DNA from: Octopus sinensis
Lineage: Eukaryota
DNA: 64,000 nucleotides
Direction: 5' to 3'
Assembly (NCBI RefSeq): GCF_006345805.1
Contig: NC_043000.1
Span: forward strand, 39,866,001-39,930,000
Of this stretch, positions 57,473 to 64,000 are shown one piece after another. The notes beneath the pieces are model-generated. The model did no database searches and had not been told where the DNA came from. It worked only from the letters and a program-made list of their open reading frames with translations. Position 1 is the stretch's first letter. Every line of letters begins with the position of its first letter. The position numbers and the translations under genes were made by a program.

Positions 57473-58755
57473 CATCATTTGAGTGTGGTTGTTGCCAGTG
57501 TTGCTGGACTGGCTCCTGTGCAGGTGATATGTAAAAAGCGCCATTTGGACGTGGCCAATGCCAGTACCACCTGACTGGCTTGCGTGCCAGTGGAATGTAA
57601 AAGTACCCATTACACTCTCGGAGTGGTTAGCGTTAGAAAGGGCATCCAGCTGTAGAAACTTTGCCAGATCAGATTGGAGCCTGGTGCAGCCTTCTGGCTC
57701 ACCAACCCTCAGTCAAACCATCCAACCCATGCCAGCACAGAAAATGGACATTAAACGATGATGATATGTCTATGTGAATAGGTACACCATGATCTATACA
57801 CACACATCTACACGCAAAGGTACACCATGATCCATACACATGCAGACGAGAGTTGATTCATATGAAAAAGAAAGTGAACAAAATAATATGACTACTTGCT
57901 TATCAGGAAATTTTAAGTTCATTTTTTCCTTAATTTAAAAAAAAAAAAAAATCAAACCAAATGTTCATTATTTTGAGTCACTCACCCAATGAATATTTCT
58001 GCCAAATGTGGTGTAAATCTGTTCAGTCATTTTTCAGTAATATTGCAAACACACAGACAAAGACAAGTGATTACAATACCCTGCTTCCACTTATGTGTGC
58101 AGAGTAATAATGATGATGATATATATATATATATATTTATACTACAGGTTGATCTTCTATCTGTGATATTTTTTTACATGCATTATCTTGCAATAATTTT
58201 AGAGTTGTGTGCAATTTTTGGAAAAGATTCATAGAGGAATCACAATCTTATTTTAAGATAAACAAGATACAAGGACCAACTCAAAGCAACACTAAAAGCC
58301 ATTGAAATTGAATCAAAATCATTTGAAACACAAGCCTGAGGCTGTACTGAGTGGTGGTCTTCCATTACCATCAGAACCAAAAACTTCAAAGCCATCAGAA
58401 GAGAAAAAGAAGAAATCAAATGACAGGAGGGGAAGGCTCAACAAAATCAACTGTCCTTCACCAACATTTCCATGCAGTCAATGCCCTCAACTCCTCTATG
58501 CAAGAATTGGTTTACAAAGTCAGCAATATCATCACCATAATGGAAGCATTCAGCAAAAGAAGAAGGTAAATTCTTTGATACAAGATAAAGTCGACAACGA
58601 TGATTTATATCACATACACACTCATACTCACTCGGGCTTTGGTATTCCCTTGCTGACTTCACACGGGTAATTAATTTGCCAATATTCTGTAAGTTTCTGG
58701 TTAACAAAGAATGTTTTATCAGGAAAGGTATCTTCGATAAATGGTGATTCTCGTT
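1733..58755 (-). CDS. Nrg: Multi-exon gene (5' end incomplete): L1-family/neuroglian-like cell adhesion molecule, 5 Ig + TM + FIGAY tail, no FnIII
   Basis: 12 exons with GT-AG ends and matching phases splice into one open frame: 58632-58755, 51214-51398, 50140-50313, 23476-23598, 21911-22013, 20475-20641, 14746-14916, 13666-13812, 9273-9590, 8461-8592, 2293-2371, 1733-1922. The tail SDTDSMGEY...[11 protein letters not shown] is the L1/neuroglian ankyrin-binding signature. The family call is secure; one-to-one orthology to Nrg is unproven. Confidence 0.85.
2293..2371 (-). CDS. Cytoplasmic exon (V)[25 protein letters not shown](T)
   Basis: Acceptor tttaatttcacag, donor gtaggt; 79 nt, phase 1 to 2; resembles the neuroglian juxtamembrane region. 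Confidence 0.9.
2830..4053 (+). mobile_element. Tc1-like DNA transposon, defective transposase (3011 to about 4000)
   Basis: TIRs CAGGGGTTAGACAAAATAATGGAAACA / TGTTTCCATTATTTTTTCCAACCCCGG with TA flanks; HTH region, IFLDESSF motif; stops and frameshifts. Confidence 0.9.
4277..4396. mobile_element. hAT-type MITE
   Basis: CAGTGGTTCTCA start, TTGAGAGCAAC-like end, perfect 8-bp TSD CTCTAGAT at 4269-4276 and 4397-4404. Confidence 0.75.
4985..5131 (+). mobile_element. Partial tRNA-derived CORE-like SINE
   Basis: B-box-like GGTTCAGTC and GGGCAAGTGTCTTCTACTATAGCC shared with the copies at 12731 and 51437. Confidence 0.7.
5233..5624 (+). mobile_element. Helentron/DINE-like non-autonomous element (HINE)
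   Basis: 5' TCTCTATATACATAAAG, 3' subterminal hairpin CCCGAGCAACGCCAGG followed by CTAG and a T-run. Confidence 0.6.
5945..6110 (+). mobile_element. RTE-LINE 3' tail fragment or RTE-tailed SINE (related copies near 6820-7030 minus, 7480-7835 plus, 18420-18520 minus, 21625-21680 minus, 53130-53350, 57440-57765 plus)
   Basis: GGTTGGCGTTAGGAAGGGCATCCAGC...CCAACCCATGCCAGCATGG...(TGA)n matches the 3' UTR of the long RTE at 46384-49773. Confidence 0.75.
7127..7438. mobile_element. MITE with about 70-bp imperfect TIRs and TA flanks (Tc1/mariner-like)
   Basis: TGGGACATATTTGA...CCATGGAGAAAAATTCT recurs as its reverse complement at 7370-7438. Confidence 0.6.
8461..8592 (-). CDS. Transmembrane exon (G)[43 protein letters not shown]
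   Basis: Acceptor ctcttcatttcag, donor gtgaaa; 132 nt, phase 1-1; hydrophobic helix followed by an L1-like G-x-x-Y-S-V segment. Confidence 0.92.
9273..9590 (-). CDS. Membrane-proximal Ig domain (Ig6-like, no cysteines) plus short stalk
   Basis: Acceptor tttctgttttcag, donor gtaagt; 318 nt, phase 1-1; RTEILVAP...FKVDPLVK...LTWKLNG...TLIV...[10 protein letters not shown] follows the L1 Ig6 pattern. Confidence 0.88.
11483..11702. mobile_element. piggyBac-type MITE family 1 (partial second copy at 24531-24631)
   Basis: TTAA|CCCTTTCGTTAC ... GTAATGAAAGGG|TTAA. Confidence 0.8.
11880..12420 (-). mobile_element. Highly decayed RTE RT fragment
   Basis: Segments such as CATGGCCCATGTTTCACT and GGTCACCTAGGTA match the RTE copies at 47-48 kb and 27-28 kb. 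Confidence 0.6.
12554..13166. mobile_element. hAT-type MITE with a nested SINE
   Basis: CTGTGGTTTTCAACC start and GTTGAGAACCACT end; interior related to the 4277 MITE. Confidence 0.5.
12731..13131 (+). mobile_element. Full-length tRNA-derived CORE-like SINE with LINE-derived 3' tail
   Basis: A-box-like TGGCTGTGTG, B-box GGTTCAGTCCC, core CCTTGGGCAAGTGTCTT, tail GGTGCTCCAGCATGACCACAGTCAAATGACTGAAAC. Confidence 0.8.
13666..13812 (-). CDS. Ig4 second half (E)[48 protein letters not shown]
   Basis: Acceptor ttttcttttag, donor gtaagt; 147 nt, phase 1-1; F-strand QC..SN.YG motif. Confidence 0.9.
14746..14916 (-). CDS. Ig4 first half (G)[56 protein letters not shown]
   Basis: Acceptor tttctcacag, donor gtttgt; 171 nt, phase 1-1; P.W..EP, B-strand Cys and W.KNG typical of L1 Ig4. 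Confidence 0.88.
15990..16590 (-). mobile_element. Decayed RTE 3' fragment with short tandem repeats in its 3' UTR
   Basis: (CAT)n tail, GCTTTTATGTGGCAC repeats, RT C-terminal remnant. Confidence 0.65.
17175..17880 (-). mobile_element. Decayed Penelope-like element RT, Naiad/Chlamys-like
   Basis: [29 protein letters not shown]...[18 protein letters not shown]...ISNLSS...[10 protein letters not shown]; frameshifted; interrupted by a (TA)n run. Confidence 0.7.
19745..20010 (+). mobile_element. Internally deleted mariner transposase remnant
   Basis: [10 protein letters not shown]...ETYEML N-terminus and a later FFDSK-like segment. Confidence 0.55.
20025..20162 (+). mobile_element. 3' end of a Penelope-like GIY-YIG domain ([20 protein letters not shown]...[15 protein letters not shown]-stop)
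   Basis: Aligns by eye with the C-terminus of the PLE ORF at 44800 (SQHIDTCA...FRIFPLYQ...KE..FI..YKP.LN). Confidence 0.6.
20475..20641 (-). CDS. Ig3 second half [55 protein letters not shown] (not in ORF track)
   Basis: Acceptor cattttctcttgcag, donor gtaaac; 167 nt, phase 2 to 1; P.P.I.W and G.Y.C.A motifs. Confidence 0.88.
20950..21150 (+). mobile_element. Partial HINE/DINE-like element
   Basis: (TA)nTAAAA start and AACCGATTTTAGTGAAATTTTACAC motif typical of Helentron-associated elements. Confidence 0.45.
21911..22013 (-). CDS. Ig2-Ig3 linker and Ig3 first half (T)[33 protein letters not shown](I) (not in ORF track)
   Basis: Acceptor tttatcacttgtag, donor gtaagt; 103 nt, phase 1 to 2; supplies the B-strand Cys. 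Confidence 0.86.
23476..23598 (-). CDS. Ig2 second half (G)[40 protein letters not shown] (not in ORF track)
   Basis: Acceptor ttttcttttcag, donor gtaatt; 123 nt, phase 1-1; G.L.F..V...D...Y.C typical of L1 Ig2. Confidence 0.88.
24160..24330 (+). mobile_element. 3' end of an REL-endonuclease non-LTR retrotransposon (R4/Dong/NeSL-like)
   Basis: [19 protein letters not shown]-stop. Confidence 0.6.
24650..24995 (+). mobile_element. Second decayed REL-type LINE 3' fragment
   Basis: [24 protein letters not shown] and, after a frameshift, [14 protein letters not shown]-stop. Confidence 0.55.
25218..25436. mobile_element. piggyBac-type MITE family 2 (inverted copy at 59639-59860)
   Basis: TTAA|CCTTTTAGCATTCAGATTAC...; reverse complement of the 59.6-kb copy. 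Confidence 0.65.
26847..28559 (-). mobile_element. 5'-truncated RTE-clade LINE (RT C-half plus 3' UTR), defective
   Basis: [35 protein letters not shown]-type motif region; (CAT)n tail; frameshifts. Confidence 0.88.
28562..29819 (-). mobile_element. mariner transposon (irritans-like), defective transposase
   Basis: TIR GGCGTTCAATAAGTAATGCC.CTGACCCACTT at both ends with TA flanks; [22 protein letters not shown]; one frameshift and a deletion in the YSPDLAP region. Confidence 0.9.
29820..32828. repeat. 3-kb (TA)n/(TACA)n/(TACATA)n compound microsatellite
   Basis: Directly visible; source of spurious ORFs. Confidence 0.97.
32950..33150. repeat. Long inverted repeat: two 94-bp arms, 13-nt spacer (foldback/MITE-like)
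   Basis: 32950-33043 is the reverse complement of 33057-33150 with 4 mismatches by manual alignment. Confidence 0.9.
33241..34715 (+). mobile_element. 5'-truncated CR1/L2-group LINE, defective
   Basis: [49 protein letters not shown]; (TTTAAGGA)2 tail; stops and frameshifts. Confidence 0.9.
34716..38420. repeat. 3.7-kb (TA)n/(TACA)n/(TACATA)n compound microsatellite
   Basis: Directly visible. Confidence 0.97.
38421..40095 (+). mobile_element. Tc1-like (DD34E-type) transposon with GC-rich, defective transposase (38973-39934)
   Basis: 26-bp TIRs CACTACCGTCAGAAATTAATTAGCAC / GTGCTAATTAATTTCCGACGCAAGTG, TA flanks; [27 protein letters not shown]. Confidence 0.92.
40096..41174. repeat. 1.1-kb (TA)n/(TACA)n microsatellite
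   Basis: Directly visible. Confidence 0.97.
41175..41967 (-). mobile_element. RTE 3'-UTR-only insertion with about 60-bp VNTR and internal duplication
   Basis: Matches 46384-46980; (GATTT)n tract; only the last ORF codons (EKTRQD-stop) are present. Confidence 0.8.
42212..43626 (+). mobile_element. Second 5'-truncated CR1/L2-group LINE (diverged subfamily), defective
   Basis: [44 protein letters not shown]; premature stops. Confidence 0.9.
43647..43862 (+). mobile_element. RTE 3' tail fragment
   Basis: Same 3' UTR terminus ending in (GAT)n. Confidence 0.8.
44146..44189 (-). ncRNA. Minimal type I hammerhead ribozyme motif in the PLE tail
   Basis: Minus strand TTACAG-TTGAAAA-GGTC(TCAAAAT)GACC-GAAA-CCGG-TA/CTGAAA: stem I CAG/CTG, core U3-A8 variant, stem II, GAAA, palindromic mini stem III, GUA cleavage triplet. 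Confidence 0.75.
44515..44680. repeat. (GAT/GAA/GGT)n trinucleotide tract inside the PLE tail
   Basis: Directly visible. Confidence 0.85.
46384..49773 (-). mobile_element. RTE-clade LINE, 3.4 kb, 5'-truncated within the APE endonuclease
   Basis: [20 protein letters not shown] (APE); [41 protein letters not shown] (RT); (CAT)n tail; in-frame TGA stops. Confidence 0.93.
50140..50313 (-). CDS. Ig2 first half (K)[57 protein letters not shown] (not in ORF track)
   Basis: Acceptor ttttctttacag, donor gtaagt; 174 nt, phase 1-1; joins to give [12 protein letters not shown] across a 26.5-kb intron. Confidence 0.87.
50783..50892. repeat. (GT)n(GA)n compound microsatellite
   Basis: Directly visible. 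Confidence 0.95.
50945..51115 (-). mobile_element. Decayed CORE-like SINE
   Basis: GTAGAAGACACTTGCC core and GGAATCGAACTC B-box in reverse orientation. Confidence 0.6.
51214..51398 (-). CDS. Ig1 second half [61 protein letters not shown]
   Basis: Acceptor tttttttcag, donor gtacgt; 185 nt, phase 2 to 1; YRC.A.N.YGTALS is the L1 Ig1 pattern. Confidence 0.9.
51437..51750 (+). mobile_element. CORE-like SINE
   Basis: Near-colinear with the 12731 copy. Confidence 0.8.
51922..52140 (+). mobile_element. Second tRNA-SINE family, Meta-domain-like (other copies 52929-53140 plus, 56820-56935 minus)
   Basis: GTTCAAATTCC B-box followed by CCTTTCATCCTTTTGGGGTTGATAAAATATGTACCAG. Confidence 0.65.
52255..52600 (-). 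mobile_element. CORE-like SINE, reverse orientation
   Basis: Reverse complement of head, core and AGCATGACCACAG tail. Confidence 0.75.
54873..55302. mobile_element. MITE with about 33-bp TIRs and internal degenerate TTAGGG repeats
   Basis: Left GATATTTTCGATTTGAACGGTAGTTTTTTCTA versus reverse complement of right GGGATCTTTTCGGTTTGACCGCCAGTTTTTCTA. Confidence 0.65.
55880..56475 (+). mobile_element. Decayed RTE 3' fragment
   Basis: [10 protein letters not shown]...EDSCIK... followed by the RTE tail. Confidence 0.75.
58260..58545 (+). mobile_element. C-terminal zinc-finger remnant of another RTE-type LINE
   Basis: [25 protein letters not shown] resembles the C2H2 end of RTE ORFs. Confidence 0.5.
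58632..58755 (-). CDS. Ig1 first half [40 protein letters not shown](E) (not in ORF track)
   Basis: Acceptor atattctttcag, donor gtgagt; 124 nt, phase 1 to 2; PCE..G.PKP motif. Confidence 0.87.
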
Positions 58756-59569
58756 CTGAAAGAATATTAGGGAAAACAAAAGGTTATGAGGATCTTTATA
58801 AATAAAAGAAATGTATGAAAAAAAAATGTATTTTATGTACATCGCTATCATATTAAAAATAGTTACATAATAGAAATATTCTTAATACTTTTAAAATATT
58901 TGGCTGAAAGTTATAGTTCAAAAAAATATTTTTTGCTATGTGCTAGCAATGGATTTTCTGTTCTGTAATATATACTTTTCTTTTTTAAAATTTAAAATTC
59001 CAAAAACAAATACTGCTGAATGTTTTGTCATAGCCCTAATCAGGGATCCATGAAGTCAAGACAGGATATTGATTTTTCTTTTTTATATATAAAAAAAAAA
59101 TTGTGTTTTTTTACTTCCTTAGTTTGTTGTAACCATTAAGAGCTAAGGCCACACTAGGGCATAATTAACGTTATGCCATACAGAATTGTATGCTTTGTCC
59201 AGAGACATTAAACAATGGCTAGAATAAGACAAAGTGTTTGGTTGCTTGTCTCATACTGAAAATTTACAAACATACCACTTTTTGGTTACATACTTTTAAT
59301 TTTTGACCTATTATTCCTCAATAACTGAGCTGATAGACAAGTCTGGAAAGCAAACAGATTAACTTTAATTTATTTTATCTCCTTAAATTTTTTTCTATAT
59401 TGATAAGCCAAGGATTAAAGTGAAACTTGACTAACCTCATTGTATAGTTCCACAACTCATTTTGTTATGCCAAAATCCAGTGTATCAGAGAACATCTACT
59501 TTTACATTCAACATGTATTAACTGAAGATTTGGATAAGATGATTATACATCTATCTGTCCTTCCAGTAA

Positions 59570-59602
<33 letters not shown>

Positions 59603-59638
59603 AAAAGTACAACTTTATTTTCAGTCATGTTATATTAA

Positions 59639-59860
59639 CCAGTTAGCATTTAAACCAGCCATATCCAGCCCAAATATTCTACCAGTTTCATGTTCAAACC
59701 AACCAGACCTGGTTTCTCACATCTACCTTACAATGTCATTTTTTGAGATAAACAATTACATCATTGAAAATCTCAAGTTTCCAAGATAATGCATGATCAA
59801 TTGAAAACAACATGAATAAATATGCATTGGATTTGACAGAGTAATCTGAATTTTGAAGGG
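59639..59860. mobile_element. piggyBac-type MITE family 2
   Basis: TTAA|CCAGTTAGCATT ... TTTTGAAGGG|TTAA. Confidence 0.7.
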
Positions 59861-62800
59861 TTAAAGATACAATTGTGTTCCTGTTTCATCCTTTTTATTT
59901 ATATTTTTTTGAAATATTTCTTTGGTCCTTTACATTCAGTTTGAGACAATAACATTCCTAATTTAATTAATGATTTAAGACTTCTCAATCACATCTTCTG
60001 AATGAATTGGGGATAGGGGCCTTATTCCTGTTACATTATTGTAATAGGCAGCAAAGGGTCATAGGAACAAAGTAGCTGACAAAATCATTATCACTGTAAT
60101 TACAACTGATTAACTGGTAACTGATGCTTTTAACTGAATTCACACAGCTGTAAACATTTGAACCAGCTGTATGGTGGTCTTTCTGCACTGCTTCCGTGAG
60201 CAAGCCATGAGTTGTGGTCTCCTACTCTACACCTCCTATCAGTGATCCAGTAAAAGAGGCAAAGGTACTGTTTTTTATCCTTTGACTAAGCATTAAAAAG
60301 AAAAGCTGTACAGAAGAGAATGGGATGAACATAGCACTGCAAGCTAATAAAACTCTTGTCATTTATAGTGCTCCACTTGTTTACAATGATGAACTGCACT
60401 CTTTATTCTACAAAATATATACATGTGTAAACTGTGTCATTCATTGAGCATCAAGTGCTTTGGTTAGGGGAGGTACACTTATGAGGGGCCAGTAAGGCAC
60501 ACAATATTAACTGTCTGATCTTAGGCCAGCAAGCCAACACTGTAGCATCATTGTCAGCAGTAACCATTCTTTATTAATAATGCTCACTATATTAAATATA
60601 TTAACACCAACTTAAATATTGTTTTCTCGTGTGGATAGCATCTCTGGGTAATTAATCTCAGTGACTTTTTTTTCTTTCTTAAAATGTTAATTTTTCATGC
60701 TACTCATGTATAATATACAACTTAGTTAAACTTTTACCACTGTCTGTAGTAAACACAGTGAAGTCTATTCTTTACTGTAGAGGTCTAATAAGACTAAAAC
60801 CAGGCTGAAGTTGCCTCCTGTATTTGCTAAAATACTTAAAATAATGTTAGGTATGGTGTTAATATTGTCTTTTCCTTATTGAACAATTAATCTTAATAAG
60901 CTATTTTAATTTTTACTATATCAAGTATGTTAATACTGACTAAACTTTCTGAATGTGCTTCATATCAACACAATGAAATGCAAAAAGAGAATTGAAAAAA
61001 AGAAAAAAATGATTTTTAAAAAATCACAAAAAACCTTAAAGCAATAACACTAGAACAAGCAATATTCATGGAGTTCTATTTTACAAAAATTTGATTTTTA
61101 CAACCTGATTACTTGCCTGTGAATAACCTTTATTGCAAAAAATGTGGTTTGCAAGGCTGTGAAACAACAATGATGACAGCTATAAACAATGAAAACCTTT
61201 GGTGGGGAACTTTGAGAGCAAAGGTATTTTCAAGCCAGCTAAAATGATGAACAATCAAATGTGCACATTGTCATAAATGTGCTGGTAATATTTATGAAGT
61301 GTGAGGGAGTGAGTGAGTGAACCATTCAGTCAGTCAGTCAGTAATTTAAGAGCAATATTAGCTGCAAGTGGAGAGTACAGAAGGAAATAGATGGGGAGAA
61401 GGCTTTGTTGAGGGAGAGAAATCGGGAAGTCATTTTTAAAGAGAAAATAAAGACAGAAAAGACTACTACTGAACTTTGTATATAATATAATCTCTGAAGT
61501 AATTTGACTCCTATTTTTGTACCTAAGAAGCAATAATATATATTTTATCCTCTTTTTATCTTTTTACACTTGAGTATAATGCTACCTGCCAATTTTGACT
61601 TTCGTTTTTTGTAAAAATATCTCACATTATACATGAATAAATACCATAAGTTCATTTGGTAACTGGCCTTTTGCAATTGATGAATTACCAGACTTAATAT
61701 CCTTGAAGGCAGTGCTACTACATGGCCATACTCTAATGATGATTGACACTTGTAAAAAAATTCAATTCTACAACATTTACCCAACAGAACTTCTCCAGAT
61801 TATGTGGTGTATACAATTCTTGGTTTAGATATTGAACTTCTTGCAAAGAGAAGCTCAATAGATAGGATTTACATTCAGAATTGAGCTTTTTTTTTTTTTT
61901 TATTCAACAGAAGGTATGGCCAAGATAGGAAATATCTGGTTTCCAAAGGACCAGCTTTTGCCTCTCATTCTTCTAGATATGAAGTGTCCATTATGTACTG
62001 GTGAAGATTCGATCAAATCTTCTATCAAGTCAAAAAGAAATAAATATTCAGCACTTACAGAAATGCAATATTGCTGAATGAATACAATGTGGAACTTTGC
62101 ATTGGTTTTCATTCAATGTGTATTTCTATACAGCTAAGGATGGTTTCATTTAGAAATCATTCTAAAGAATTAAAGTCAGGATTTCATTTTGAAAACATAC
62201 AATCTTTGCCCCTTTGTAATTTTAAAGCTGTTCCGCCATCTTTACAATCCCTGTTGTTTATGCAGGAAACCAGTTAGATTAAATGGCACAGGAAATGGGA
62301 AGTTTTATAAGTTTGTGCTGTTAATAAGGATTAATTAAGAGAACCAAAGTTGAGATGGGTGAACTATGATAGTTTGCAATATCTAAACAGAGGCATCGAA
62401 TTTCTAGCTTATGTGCTATGTCCTGTAGAATCTAGAAGCAGGAGTAGAAGAGAGGGTTAGCCTAAGGGCAGAGAAGGATGATATTAACTGAGAGGCAGAG
62501 TGAGGGTAGTAATAGAGAGAAAGAGAAAGAATCACTGCCTGGAAACAGTAATGTTGTACACATAACAACCTAAATGTATTAATCACTCACACCCTTTTAC
62601 TACCAGAGGCCATCTGAACTTCATAAAGGAAAATTAAAAAAACAAAACAAACAGTAACTGTTTATTATAAGAGCAATGAGAGATGTGGGGTGTGTGTATG
62701 ACTGAGAGAGTAGAGGGTGTGCGTCTTGCTGCAGTGGCGACCCCATCCCGCCATACACACAATGGAGTTTAACAACAACAAGAAATGACACAAAGTTTCT

Positions 62801-64000
62801 CCAAAAGGGGCAGAACTGCCCAGGATTTCAGGTTTTATCGATAAGGAACTATGACAGATGACAGCAACTGTAGCAGTGAAAATTGTACCATTATTTTTTT
62901 AATGCAACAATTAGAAGCAGTGATGTTAGTAGAAGCAGCACAAAGCAGAAGCAACATAAAAATGATGAAAAATGAGGGTAGAGGCAGCATAAAGCAATGA
63001 AATCCCAGATCAGTGAGAAAATGATTGTCAATATTCAAGTGTTCAAAAATGTTTAGTTGAAAGGATACTGATCAAAGTCAGGCTATATGATAGAATCTGT
63101 CTATGATGGAGTTGTGTTCTTTGGTTTTATATATATATATTATATGTAAAATGATGGCAGCATGAATGAATTCTACAATGGTATGACTGACATGTATAGG
63201 TACATTTACATCAACTGCTAAACATGACTAAAGATTATAAGCACACAAGGCCTCCAGTTAAACATATTAGACATACAGGCATATCACATGCTTTAAACAC
63301 AAATGTATAATACGTCACAGTTTTTAAACATGAATAAAAATTTATAGGCACATCACATTTCCTGTTAAACATGTGAGATGCATAGACACGCCACACACTT
63401 TGTTGAACAAACTAGAATGACAGAGGGACATCTCCTCTTTTTAAATATCACAATATATATATATAAGCACATGACAGTTGTAAGGTATGTAAAGTATAGG
63501 TAATCACATTTCCTGTTAATCATAATGAGAGATGCTTAGGCATGCCACATCTTTTAAACATGGCTAAAGATATAAATATAATCAGCGACTGTCTAACTGA
63601 GAGATGTTTGTTCTTTTTCTATTTTTTTACTCTCCTCATTTAGCCTTTCTGTAAAAGAGTGTATGCTTGAAGCATTAAAGCCTTCATCCAATTTTCCTGA
63701 GCATCAACCTAATACACCCTGTTTTTTTTTTAACCTTGTCTTTGAGTCTTTACTTTTGTACCATGTATATCACATCTGTTAAGCAAATCTTACAGTAGGA
63801 CCAGAAATATTCCTAGATTAAGCTATTGCAATTATTATTAATAAATAGTCATGAGTTTACATATACACAACATTTCATTTATAGTAAACAAGCCAAAGAC
63901 AAACAACACCAACACCACCACCACCGCCGCCGGTAAACAGGTTAGAATTTAAATAAAATAGTGATAAACAAAGAAAAGGTTTAACATTAGAGGATATTCA

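Noticed and set aside
61545-62112. Open frames on the minus strand with phase-1 donors (gtaatt near 61688, gtagca near 61585) as candidate upstream exons
   Set aside because: No ATG or signal peptide in the compatible frame and no recognisable homology.

Overview
AT-rich animal genomic DNA, most likely octopus/coleoid cephalopod (inferred from the SINE/RTE repeat families and huge TA/TACA microsatellites). One protein-coding gene runs across almost the whole window on the minus strand. I traced 12 phase-compatible GT-AG exons from 58755 down to the stop at 1733 (1913 nt, about 637 aa; the signal-peptide exon was not confidently found). They encode an L1-family/neuroglian-like adhesion molecule with an unusual architecture: five Ig domains (Ig1-4 plus a cysteine-less Ig6-like domain) joined directly to the transmembrane helix, with no FnIII repeats, and a tail carrying [11 protein letters not shown] and a C-terminal ESNV. 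A 26.5-kb intron contains a roughly 20-kb single-polarity (TA/TACA)n field broken up by nine insertions: a 201-bp foldback hairpin, two CR1/L2-group LINEs, a GC-rich Tc1, three RTE pieces, and a Penelope-like element with an open RT+GIY-YIG frame and a minimal hammerhead ribozyme (U3-A8 core variant). The remaining introns hold SINEs, MITEs and decayed transposons. The very long Y/I/H/T/M/C/V ORFs in the track are microsatellite artefacts. All calls come from reading the sequence by eye; no database search was run.
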